Shown: in pieces, positions 1 through 8,333 of the stretch
Layout: the number at the start of each line of letters is the position of its first letter
Numbering within the stretch: the first letter of the stretch is position 1
DNA from: Christensenella sp. UBA767
Lineage (GTDB): Bacteria; Bacillota; Clostridia; Christensenellales; CAG-917
Direction of reading: 5' to 3'
Length of the DNA: 37,476 bases
NCBI GenBank assembly: GCA_002297185.1
Contig: DBJV01000087.1
Location: 1-37,476 of the forward strand
Notes under the pieces: generated by a model
The model's database searches: none
Seen by the model: the letters and a program-made list of their open reading frames with translations, nothing else
What the model was told of the DNA's origin: nothing
Made by a program: the position numbers and the translations under genes

Positions 1-58
1 TCGGATAAGGCTCCGCCTTCCAAAATTATTAATTATTAATTAATAATTATTAATTCAA
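1..58 (+). repeat. Mosaic repeat module C. Triloop hairpin AAGGC-TCC-GCCTT followed by a 34-nt G/C-free (ATTA/TAAT)n tract that ends 11 nt upstream of the GH13 start codon.
   Basis: GGATAAGGCTCCGCCTTCC at 3-21 recurs exactly at 8244-8262. The AT-only tract at 22-55 recurs at 8265-8289 and 26412-26445. Confidence 0.8.
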
Positions 59-66
59 AAAACAAT

Positions 67-1839
67 ATGTATTCACCTCTCATTCACAAAAAGCCATACG
101 GCGCAAGCGTAGCAAATCAACCTACGACAATCACTTTCCCTATCGATAGCAATATGCGTATCGGCAGGGTGTTTATCGTATTGCGCCAAGTTTATGGGAA
201 AGATGGTGAAGTGTTTTGCAGTCGCAGCGAACGCATAGAATTGCCTTTCGCTTATGCAAAGGACGGCATAGACTATTTCGTCGGCACGTTTGCGCTTTCG
301 GAGTGGGGTATTTGGAAATATCGTTTTGAGGGAGAGTTTGCAAACGGTGATTTTGCGTTCTTCGGCAGAGGCCTTGACGGCACGGCTATAAGAGGCGATT
401 GGTTGCCGGAATGGCAGTTAACCGTTACTGAATGCGATTATAAAACGCCGAATTGGGCAAAACAAGGCGTAATTTACCAAATATTTGCAGATAGATTTTG
501 CAAGCAAGGCGACGTTAATTTTACCAAGCGCGGACGACTTCACGCCGACTGGTACGAGCGTCCCGACATTGCTGAGGACGGCAAAGATTATCGCGCGGAC
601 GACTTTTTCGGCGGCAACGTCGAGGGCATTATATCCAAGCTTGACTATATTCAAAGTCTTGGTGTCAAGTGTATTTATCTCTCGCCGATTTTCAAGTCTT
701 GCTCCAACCATAGATACGATACGGGCGATTATCTCGAAATAGACGAGTTGTTCGGCACGGAAGAGCAATTCAAAAAATTACTCGACGAGGCAAGCAGTCG
801 TGGCATAGAGATTATGCTTGACGGCGTGTTCAATCACACGGGTGCGGACAGCAAGTATTTCAATCGCGAGGGGACTTACGACACGCTCGGAGCGTATCAA
901 AGCAAGCAATCGCCCTATTACGATTGGTATTATTTCACGCACTATCCTACGGAATACGCATGTTGGTGGGGTAGCACCGTCGTGCCTACCGTCAACAAGA
1001 GCGCGCAAGGTTACAGAGATTTGATTCTCGGCGAAAACGGCGTAATCGACAAGTGGTCAAAACTCGGCGTAAAGGGTTGGAGACTTGACGTCGTGGATGA
1101 ATTGCCCATAGATTTCACCTACGACCTATGCTCGCGCATAAAATCCGAGGGCAAAGATATGCTCATTGTCGGCGAAGTGTGGGAAGATGCCTCGACGAAA
1201 ATCGCATACGGCGAGTGGCGCCCCTACTTTATGGGCAAACAACTCGATGCGGTTATGAACTATCCCTTCAAAGAGGCGATTTTGGCATATACTCTCGACG
1301 GTGACAAAAACGCGTTCATATCCCACGTCAGCGAGATTTTGGAGCATTACCCCAAGCAATCTCTCGATTGCCTCATGAATTTGATAGACAGCCACGACAC
1401 CGCGCGCGCAATCACCACGTTATCGGGTGTAAAACCGCCTCGCGACAAAAAGGACAGAGCAAATTTCCGCTTGTCGCAAGAGCAGTATGACCTTGCAAAG
1501 CGCAGGCTCAAATTCGCAAGCACCTTGCAATACGTTTTGCCGGGTGTGCCTTGCGTGTTCTACGGCGACGAGGCAGGCGTTCAAGGTTGGGAGGACCCAC
1601 TAAACAGAGGCACTTATCCTTGGGGAAGAGAGGATTCCGACCTCATAAACCACTATCGAACCCTCGGCAAATTCCGTGAGAATTACACCGGCTTTTTGCA
1701 AGGCGAAACCCATTTCGTTCCCAATGCGGACAATCTCGTCATGCAGAGAGTTTGCAACAAAGGCATTCTCGAAGTCGTCGCAAACGGCTTGAATATTTGC
1801 GTTTCCGTCAACGGCGAAACGGTATTGAGTATTCAATAA
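67..1839 (+). CDS. Glycoside hydrolase family 13 (alpha-amylase / neopullulanase / cyclomaltodextrinase-like)
   Basis: 590-aa ORF with the four GH13 conserved regions in order: DGVFNH, GWRLDVVDE, EVWE, LIDSHD. No obvious Shine-Dalgarno, and the start directly follows the AT-only repeat. Confidence 0.85.
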   Translation: MYSPLIHKKPYGASVANQPTTITFPIDSNMRIGRVFIVLRQVYGKDGEVFCSRSERIELPFAYAKDGIDYFVGTFALSEWGIWKYRFEGEFANGDFAFFGRGLDGTAIRGDWLPEWQLTVTECDYKTPNWAKQGVIYQIFADRFCKQGDVNFTKRGRLHADWYERPDIAEDGKDYRADDFFGGNVEGIISKLDYIQSLGVKCIYLSPIFKSCSNHRYDTGDYLEIDELFGTEEQFKKLLDEASSRGIEIMLDGVFNHTGADSKYFNREGTYDTLGAYQSKQSPYYDWYYFTHYPTEYACWWGSTVVPTVNKSAQGYRDLILGENGVIDKWSKLGVKGWRLDVVDELPIDFTYDLCSRIKSEGKDMLIVGEVWEDASTKIAYGEWRPYFMGKQLDAVMNYPFKEAILAYTLDGDKNAFISHVSEILEHYPKQSLDCLMNLIDSHDTARAITTLSGVKPPRDKKDRANFRLSQEQYDLAKRRLKFASTLQYVLPGVPCVFYGDEAGVQGWEDPLNRGTYPWGREDSDLINHYRTLGKFRENYTGFLQGETHFVPNADNLVMQRVCNKGILEVVANGLNICVSVNGETVLSIQ

Positions 1840-1983
1840 AACAATTAAATCGCACAAATCCAAGTCAAAAGCGCAAAACGTTAAGTTTTTTGCACAAAAG
1901 GCTTGTAATATTCCCAAAAAGTCGCGCAATGCGACAAAAACGGTGCATCCAAAGTCATACAATGTAGGCATAGAGGTGATATT

Positions 1984-2166
1984 ATGTGTATATTAGACTT
2001 GCTGGACGCACTTTTTTCAACCCAAAATTCAAGCGCATCAAAGAGCGCAAAAAACAAAACCTCTTCCGAAGAAGAGGATTGGCTTTACGAATGTAACGAG
2101 TGTGACGAACTCGTAGAGGACTGCGAGTGCGACGACTGCGGCGACGAAGATTGCGACGAGTTTTGA
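1984..2166 (+). CDS. Small (60 aa) highly acidic Cys-rich protein, function unknown
   Basis: Good RBS (GAGGTGA, 4 nt before the ATG). The C-terminus CNECDELVEDCECDDCGDEDCDEF has 7 Cys in an Asp/Glu matrix. I recognise no family. Confidence 0.5.
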   Translation: MCILDLLDALFSTQNSSASKSAKNKTSSEEEDWLYECNECDELVEDCECDDCGDEDCDEF

Positions 2167-2290
2167 TAGGAAATATCCAAAAACTCATTATGTCATAACT
2201 TGATTTTTGCGGTTTTGAAAAACAGAATGCAAAACGGTATATCTTAAAAAGATATTCAAAAATCAATATTTAATGGCGAAATATAGGCAA

Positions 2291-2983
2291 TCAATATCCG
2301 CGCAAGCCGATTTTTGCCACTTTTCCGTCAAACAACGTCTTGAATTTTTCCACTTCGTCCTTTTCGATTGGGGAAAATCCGTGCGCAATGCACTCCTCGT
2401 TGTCTTTGTATTTTTGCATAAAATACTTTTTTGCGCCGTTTATCAATTCGGCAATTTCCTCGATATCTTCTGCGGTGTGGAATTCTTTTATAAGAGTGGT
2501 GCGGAACTCGTAATCCACGTTCCCGTTTAGGAGCATATCCACGCTCTCTTTTATTTTTGCCGTATCCACGCTCTCAAGCCCGACGGTGAGCGCGTATTTT
2601 TTGAGGCTGTTTTTGACGTCCATTGCCACGAAATCCACGAGCTTTTCGTCAAGCACGTCTTTTAGAACGTCGGGGCGCAAACCGTTGGTGTCAAGTTTGG
2701 TGAGATATCCCATATCTCGCACCTTGCGCAAAAAATCTTTCAAATCGGGCTGCAAGGTCGGCTCTCCGCCCGTAACGCACACCGCGTCAACGAGTCCTTT
2801 GCGCTTTTGAAGGTAATCAAACACCTCGTTTTCGTCGATTTGCTCGGCTTTGACGTTGCCCACGACCAGCGCGCCGTTGTGGCAGAACGGACAGCGGAAA
2901 TTGCACCCGCCCGTAAACACGGTGCAGGCGATTTTCCCGTCAAAATCCACCATTGAAAATTTTTCGTATCCGCAAACTATCAT
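2291..2983 (-). CDS. nrdG: Radical SAM activating enzyme, anaerobic ribonucleoside-triphosphate reductase activase (NrdG-like) family
   Basis: 230 aa. N-terminal FSMVDFDGKIACTVFTGGCNFRCPFCHN (CxxxCxxC radical SAM cluster motif in the small-activase context) and GGEPTLQPDL. No nrdD in the window. Confidence 0.7.
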   Translation of the reverse strand: MIVCGYEKFSMVDFDGKIACTVFTGGCNFRCPFCHNGALVVGNVKAEQIDENEVFDYLQKRKGLVDAVCVTGGEPTLQPDLKDFLRKVRDMGYLTKLDTNGLRPDVLKDVLDEKLVDFVAMDVKNSLKKYALTVGLESVDTAKIKESVDMLLNGNVDYEFRTTLIKEFHTAEDIEEIAELINGAKKYFMQKYKDNEECIAHGFSPIEKDEVEKFKTLFDGKVAKIGLRGY

Positions 2984-3298
2984 ATTTTCATTTTAGCACA
3001 CCGCAGGCAAATAGGACAATAGATTTGCTCAATTTCTCCGCTTTATCTTCGGACGGTGCAGATTTTGCATATTCATACGCTCTTATATTCTGAAAATTGC
3101 GCAATAATCAAATGCTCCTGCCTTGCCCACTCAAAAACCTCAAATTTTGGCAATGCGCACCCGAGAGTGCTTGTAAAAAGCACCATATTTTTCGCATTTG
3201 CGCCAAAATTGAGTATTTACATTTGCTTTATAATCTTATATAATAAATTTGTATTTATTATCGCGCGCACGCACGTACAATAGATATAGACATTCGAT

Positions 3299-5461
3299 AT
3301 GGAGAAGACTATGAAGAAAAAAGAGACGCCGGCTCCCGTGTTGGACGAGAAAGGCAGACCACCGCTAAAACTCAACTATCCGCAGACGTTCAAGGTCGGC
3401 TTTGCGTTTGCAATCATCATGCTGTTCTGGACGGCATACGACTTTGTCGTACCGCTCCTCATAGACAACGCATACGGTTTGCCTAGTTGGGCGCGCGGAC
3501 TTATTATGGGACTTGACAACTTGCTTTCGCTGTTCATGTTGCCGCTTTTCGGCAAACTCAGCGACAATGCAAAAGGCAAACTCGTCAAAAAATGGGGCAG
3601 ACGTACTCCGTTTATCGTCATCGGCACGGTATGCGCGGTTGCTCTTATGGTTTTTGTTCCGGTTGTTACGCTCAATCAACAAAAACAATCCGACGCATAT
3701 ATTCAAACTGAAGTCACGCAAAACTTGTCGAATCCGGAGTATATGGACAATTTGCTCGGCGATTGGTTTGATTATGCGGTAGAAGTCAAAGAAAAAGGCT
3801 CCTCAAACGTAGATCAACTTTACAAAGCCGTCAGCGCAAACGATTTGTGCGACCTCGAGTATCTCAAACTCAACGGTTATGATTATGCGAAAACCGACGT
3901 TGACGAAAACGGCAATCAAATAAACAAAGCGCGCGACTTCTTTACCTCTATACGCTATTATGAAAAACTGACTTCCAAAAAAGCAGTTCTCAACATGCTC
4001 GGAGAGGAAACATTCTACTACAATGACGTCAAGATTGAAGATATGACGCAAATTTGCCCCGATACCGGAGTGTCATACGAGACAATGAAACAAAGCAACA
4101 AGGATTACAAAACCTATGTTGCATCCGGTATGAACGCTTACAAGTCCTTCCTTATCAGACAAGCAAGTATTGACGGCGGCGCAGGCAGCGAAAACTACCA
4201 TGGTTTCTATGGCGTAAAGAGCCTTGTCGTTTATATGGTTATCTTGCTCCTCGTGCTTATCGCAATGGCAACCTTCCGTTCACCTGCAGTCGCACTCATG
4301 CCGGACGTCACGCCCAAGCCGCTCCGTTCACAAGCCAACGCAATTATCAATCTTTGCGGCGGTATCGGCGGTGCAATCGCATTCTTGATTTACACGGCCG
4401 TACTATTCGGACAACGCCTTTCCAACTATGTCATCATATTTGGCGCAGTTGCAGGCGGTATGCTCTTGCTCCTTGCAGGATTCCTCGCACTCGTCAACGA
4501 GCGTAAGATGGTCGCAAAATGCCAAGAAATATGCAAAGAGTATGAAATCGACGACTTCGCAGAAGGCGAAAATCCCGAGGCAGAGAAGTTCGCGGAAGAA
4601 CTTATCAGCGAAGGCGATGCGGAATATAATCTCGATAGCAAACCTTCCGGCGATGCGCAACAATTGCTCGATGCAGACGTAAATGCTGAAAACAAAGAGC
4701 AAATCGCACCAGAAACGCTTGAATTTGCTCAACAAGTGGTTGAAAACACCAAGAAAAAACATCAAACTCCAAAAGAGTGGTGGGGCGCAAAGAGCGAACT
4801 CGAAAGAGGCAGACTCAAATCCTTTGCTCTCATCCTCGCATCCATCTTTATGTGGTTTATGGGCTACAATGCGGTATCTTCCAACTTGTCCATCTACACC
4901 ACAAAAGCACTCAACCTCTCGGCAGGTATCGCGTCCATTATCTCCGGCGTATCTATGGGCATAAGCGCAATCGCATTTATCCCCGTCGGCTATATGGCAG
5001 CAAAGATCGGCAGAAGAAAGTCAATCATGATCGGCTTTGCAATGGCAGTCGTATCCTTCATCCTCATCTTTGTGGCAGTCGGCCCCAACTCCAACGCAGC
5101 AATCCCGGCAGTCTTGTTTGCTTTGTTCTACCTCATCGCAGGCTTTGGTCTCATCATCGCCAACGTCAACACCTTCCCGATGGTCACCGAACTTTCCACC
5201 GCGGAAACGGTCGGACAATACACAGGTTACTACTATATGGCAACCATGTCCGCCCAAGCAATCACCCCGGCAATCGGCGGCGCAATCATGGACGCAGGCG
5301 GCAACAAGTATTTGTTCCTCTACAGCGCAATCTGCATCGTCATCGCAATCGTGCTTATGCTTTTCGTCAAACACGGCGACAGCGCAATGACCGCAAAAGG
5401 CCGCAAACTCACCAAAGAAGAGAAGAAACAAATCAGATTGGATGCATTAGATGCCGATTAA
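3299..5461 (+). CDS. MFS-type transporter (GPH/SLC45-like) with two very large hydrophilic insertions
   Basis: 720 aa. 6+6 hydrophobic segments and a motif-A-like GKLSDN...GRR between TM2 and TM3. About 180 aa are inserted between TM3 and TM4 (residues about 125-307), and an acidic central loop of about 105 aa spans residues about 400-507. Confidence 0.75.
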   Translation: MEKTMKKKETPAPVLDEKGRPPLKLNYPQTFKVGFAFAIIMLFWTAYDFVVPLLIDNAYGLPSWARGLIMGLDNLLSLFMLPLFGKLSDNAKGKLVKKWGRRTPFIVIGTVCAVALMVFVPVVTLNQQKQSDAYIQTEVTQNLSNPEYMDNLLGDWFDYAVEVKEKGSSNVDQLYKAVSANDLCDLEYLKLNGYDYAKTDVDENGNQINKARDFFTSIRYYEKLTSKKAVLNMLGEETFYYNDVKIEDMTQICPDTGVSYETMKQSNKDYKTYVASGMNAYKSFLIRQASIDGGAGSENYHGFYGVKSLVVYMVILLLVLIAMATFRSPAVALMPDVTPKPLRSQANAIINLCGGIGGAIAFLIYTAVLFGQRLSNYVIIFGAVAGGMLLLLAGFLALVNERKMVAKCQEICKEYEIDDFAEGENPEAEKFAEELISEGDAEYNLDSKPSGDAQQLLDADVNAENKEQIAPETLEFAQQVVENTKKKHQTPKEWWGAKSELERGRLKSFALILASIFMWFMGYNAVSSNLSIYTTKALNLSAGIASIISGVSMGISAIAFIPVGYMAAKIGRRKSIMIGFAMAVVSFILIFVAVGPNSNAAIPAVLFALFYLIAGFGLIIANVNTFPMVTELSTAETVGQYTGYYYMATMSAQAITPAIGGAIMDAGGNKYLFLYSAICIVIAIVLMLFVKHGDSAMTAKGRKLTKEEKKQIRLDALDAD

Positions 5462-5480
5462 AACAAATATTAACTATATT

Positions 5481-5508
5481 AAAAAAGACACGCACAGCGT
5501 GTCTTTTT
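5481..5508. terminator. Bidirectional intrinsic terminator between the MFS gene and the XRE gene
   Basis: AAAAAAGACACGC-ACA-GCGTGTCTTTTT: 9-bp GC-rich stem flanked by A-run and T-run. Near-identical copy at 8303-8332. Confidence 0.8.
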
Positions 5509-5717
5509 CAATGTATTTCAAATAAGTCGTTCGGCGTTATGTCGAGGCGGTTGCACAGAAATACGATTTTCTCATAATCCAGTTCGATTTTCCCAGTCTC
5601 GTATTCGCTGTAATCGGGCTGATATTTTCCCATTTCGTTCGCTATTTGTTTTTGTGTCAAACCTGCCGCTTTTCGCGCATTTTTTAGATTATTGCCAACT
5701 GTCTCTCTAATGTTCAT
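5508..5717 (-). CDS. XRE-family helix-turn-helix transcriptional regulator (69 aa)
   Basis: LKNARKAAGLTQKQIANEMG is a typical Cro/C1 HTH. Divergent from the lipoprotein gene. Confidence 0.8.
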   Translation of the reverse strand: MNIRETVGNNLKNARKAAGLTQKQIANEMGKYQPDYSEYETGKIELDYEKIVFLCNRLDITPNDLFEIH

Positions 5718-5838
5718 ATTTTGACTTCCTAATATGCTATTGCCAAAAATATAGTAAAAAATCCATATTTAGCGTTGACATATAGGATATATTCCTATAA
5801 AATTAAAAATACATATGAGGTCAAAGGAGGATTTTATT

Positions 5839-7914
5839 ATGAAAAAGCGAACTCTTTTTATCGTTTTAATGTTTTCAATACTTATACTAATGGCGTTGTT
5901 TGCCGCCTGCGACAAAACGCCGTCAGAAAACCAAACCACCGATCTTGTGCTTAAAGAAGATATGACAAGGGAAGAGGCGATGCAAACTCTTGAGGATTGT
6001 GATAGTTTCACAATGGTCTCAACGCGCACGTACACCGGTGAACACGGATATACCATGACCAACACAGTATATGCGACAAAAACAGGCGCAACGATATACT
6101 GGAAAAGAGATGCAGGAGAAACGGATTCTTATGAGTATATAGTAACGCAACTTATATATGGCGCAAACGGACATGAGTTTAGTTGGTCAAAAGAGAGCGA
6201 ATATATCGGTGACTCTTACGAATTGATAAGTGTTTCCGACGTAGCGACGAAAGACGATTATAAGTCTGCAGATTGGTCAATAAACGACACGATTATTAAA
6301 CAAGATTTATATTCATACAAGATATCAGACAATCAAATGATTTTTGAACTTAAAGACAGTTCTGGTACAAACTATCCAAATACAATTGTAATTAAGAATA
6401 TCAACAATACAAAGCTAATTGTACCCGAACGATATCTTGATTATAGATTTTTAAAACTTAACGAATATACTCTTGCGGATCTAGAGAAAGCCATTAATAG
6501 CGCGTCAAGCATTACGATAAGAAATGATTTTAAAAATCAAAATTATAGTTCTGCATCAACAAGTAAGTACACGGCAAACGGTTATACAATAATAGATAAT
6601 GATGCCAGCGGTACATATTCCACCGCAATTTACGAAGACGGCATACGTTATTTATTTAACGAAAAAAAGTATTATGGTGCGTCGTCTGTTTCTTATACCG
6701 CAGATGACTTCGACCATGATGTTATAAATATCGATGCACTAAAAAAGATATATCCCGAATTTAAAAAAGTATATTTTGGCGATAATCCGACGGTTAAAGC
6801 AAGATATATCGATGGCAAGTTAGAGATCATAGTACGTAGTTCGTTCAGTACGATAACGTTTAAGGATTTTGACAATACGCAACTATTAATACCCGAACAA
6901 TATAAGGATTATAAGAGTCTGCCCATTACGACAATGCTTAGAAAAAATATGACGGCAGACCAAATAAAGAGCGTTTTATCTGAATTGGGAGGCTTTAGTG
7001 TTGGTTACGACTATTATCAAAACAACTCTGAAAAAACCGATTTGCGAGAAACGTATATCTATGAAGACGATTATGAGTATTTGATTTATGGATATGAAAG
7101 CAAAGCAACGATATCTCGAAAAGATCTTCCCGAACCAAACGGTCTTGCCGATAAATTGGATGAAGTATTGGCAGATATGCAGAAATACGGATACAAGATA
7201 CAAGACGACGTTATAACTTACAGAAAAAACGTCAGCGAGGACTCAAATACATATACCGAAGTTAAAATCAGCGGTATTGAAAAAGCAATGTCAAGATTGC
7301 CTGAAAAATTCAGAGACTACAAAAACTATCGCTTTCCGCTTGACGTCGATATAGTGGACATTATGGAATACGAAATTGTTGCGCCTTCTTTTGATTTGTC
7401 TTCAAAGGGCGATAGCCTTGAGGGAATGACCAAAGAACAGATTATCCAACTGATAAAATCCGCAAACAGTTATACCGCTGTTTTGGAAGGAACAACTACA
7501 GGCGGAGATCATTCTATGGGCACATATATTGTGTCTAAAAAAATAGGATTCTGTGCGCTTGCTTATATAGAAGATTCAAACGGAGATAAGGGTAGAGAAT
7601 TTGTCGGGGCTTTTGTAGGAGACAGGTTTTATAATTTCGATATTTTGAAGGCAGAAGACGGAGAGACTATTCGTAAGAGTGGGAATGCTTCATCGTATAA
7701 AGATAAGGATAAAATGCTTGCAGAAGACGTAACACCGTATATCACAGGCGAAATAGAATCGGAAGATGCAGTTATGACAATAAAAGGCAATATGGTGATG
7801 TTCGAAAAAGACGGAGTAAAAATCTTGATAAAAGATATAAACAATTCAAGACTAATTCTTGCCAATGATTTCAGCAATTATCTTGATTTGAAAACGACGG
7901 GAAGTTACGGTTAA
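5839..7914 (+). CDS. Lipoprotein made of four tandem copies of an uncharacterised domain of about 160 aa
   Basis: RBS AAGGAGG 8 nt upstream of the ATG at 5839. Signal peptide with lipobox LFAAC-DK. Four repeat units end in IKNINNTKLIVPERYLDYRF / FKDFDNTQLLIPEQYKDYKSL / ISGIEKAMSRLPEKFRDYKNY / IKDINNSRLILANDFSNYLDL. The gene is visibly AT-rich. Confidence 0.8.
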   Translation: MKKRTLFIVLMFSILILMALFAACDKTPSENQTTDLVLKEDMTREEAMQTLEDCDSFTMVSTRTYTGEHGYTMTNTVYATKTGATIYWKRDAGETDSYEYIVTQLIYGANGHEFSWSKESEYIGDSYELISVSDVATKDDYKSADWSINDTIIKQDLYSYKISDNQMIFELKDSSGTNYPNTIVIKNINNTKLIVPERYLDYRFLKLNEYTLADLEKAINSASSITIRNDFKNQNYSSASTSKYTANGYTIIDNDASGTYSTAIYEDGIRYLFNEKKYYGASSVSYTADDFDHDVINIDALKKIYPEFKKVYFGDNPTVKARYIDGKLEIIVRSSFSTITFKDFDNTQLLIPEQYKDYKSLPITTMLRKNMTADQIKSVLSELGGFSVGYDYYQNNSEKTDLRETYIYEDDYEYLIYGYESKATISRKDLPEPNGLADKLDEVLADMQKYGYKIQDDVITYRKNVSEDSNTYTEVKISGIEKAMSRLPEKFRDYKNYRFPLDVDIVDIMEYEIVAPSFDLSSKGDSLEGMTKEQIIQLIKSANSYTAVLEGTTTGGDHSMGTYIVSKKIGFCALAYIEDSNGDKGREFVGAFVGDRFYNFDILKAEDGETIRKSGNASSYKDKDKMLAEDVTPYITGEIESEDAVMTIKGNMVMFEKDGVKILIKDINNSRLILANDFSNYLDLKTTGSYG

Positions 7915-7939
7915 GTTTTAGTAAAAAGATATCATCGCA

Positions 7940-8243
7940 AACCGGTGCCGATGTTCACCAATCGTGACAAGCAAGCGATGCAATAAAATCTAAATACACC
8001 ATTGTCATTGCGAGGAACGTAGTGACGTGGCAATCTAGCCGTAGGCGCATTTTGCTATGCTGGATTCCCACGCTATCGCATTGTTTCCACAGTGATTGTG
8101 CGCTAATAGCGCAAGCACACGGCTTTTATTTGCATAACTGCAAATGCAATCACCTCAAAAATATCATCGTTCGGAAACCCTTGCAAGCAAGTTTCCACGC
8201 TCGACATTGGCGGAATGACAATCGGAGTATTTTACAGTTGTTT
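7940..8243 (+). repeat. Mosaic repeat tract 1: partial B module, TGTCATT module, inverted partial E module and several mini-hairpins
   Basis: CAAGCAAGCGAT (7968-7979) matches the B module. TGTCATTGCGAGGAACGTAGTGACGTGGCAATCTAG at 8003-8038 is identical to 11238-11273. GCTGGATTCCCACGCTA (about 8058-8074) is the reverse complement of the E-module core. Hairpins TTTGCA-TAAC-TGCAAA and GGAAAC...GTTTCC are present. Confidence 0.8.
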
Positions 8244-8289
8244 GGATAAGGCTCCGCCTTCCGCAATTATTAATTAATAATTATTAATT
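8244..8289 (+). repeat. Mosaic repeat module C, copy 2 (hairpin plus 25-nt AT-only tract)
   Basis: GGATAAGGCTCCGCCTTCC then AATTATTAATTAATAATTATTAATT. Same order and orientation as at 1-58. Confidence 0.85.
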
Positions 8290-8302
8290 CTCAAATATCA
8301 CC

Positions 8303-8332
8303 AAAAAAGACACGCTCTTGCGTGTCTTTTTT
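8303..8332. terminator. Bidirectional intrinsic terminator downstream of rubrerythrin
   Basis: AAAAAAGACACGC-TCTT-GCGTGTCTTTTTT. The stem and flanks are identical to the terminator at 5481-5508; only the loop differs. Confidence 0.8.
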
Positions 8333-8333
8333 C

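Noticed and set aside
1984-2983. Idea that the Cys-rich 60-aa peptide and the adjacent radical SAM protein form a RiPP (SCIFF-like) precursor/maturase pair.
   Set aside because: The genes are convergent, not co-transcribed. The radical SAM protein is a 230-aa NrdG-type activase without a SPASM or twitch domain. The peptide does not resemble the SCIFF consensus as I remember it.
2984-3298. Looked for a riboswitch, T-box or NrdR box in the long nrdG/MFS intergenic region.
   Set aside because: Only a small hairpin (GTGCTT-GTAAAA-AGCAC) and AT-rich promoter-like sequence are present. No conserved riboswitch core and no NrdR palindrome was recognisable by eye.
4777-5577. 266-aa Arg/His-rich ORF in an alternative frame of the MFS gene, running past its stop.
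   Set aside because: It is an out-of-frame overlap with a well-supported transporter, has extreme low-complexity basic composition and has no start context.
8022-8249. Short ORFs inside the mosaic repeat tracts: 8022-8249, 10428-10622, the first 39 codons of 10565-11002, 10800-11138 and 11176-11373.
   Set aside because: They run through hairpin repeats, have no RBS, and their peptides (for example CHCERKRGNL, VPRNDK) are the kind of repeat-derived junk hypothetical proteins seen in many genomes. The DNA/RNA structure explains the conservation better than coding does.
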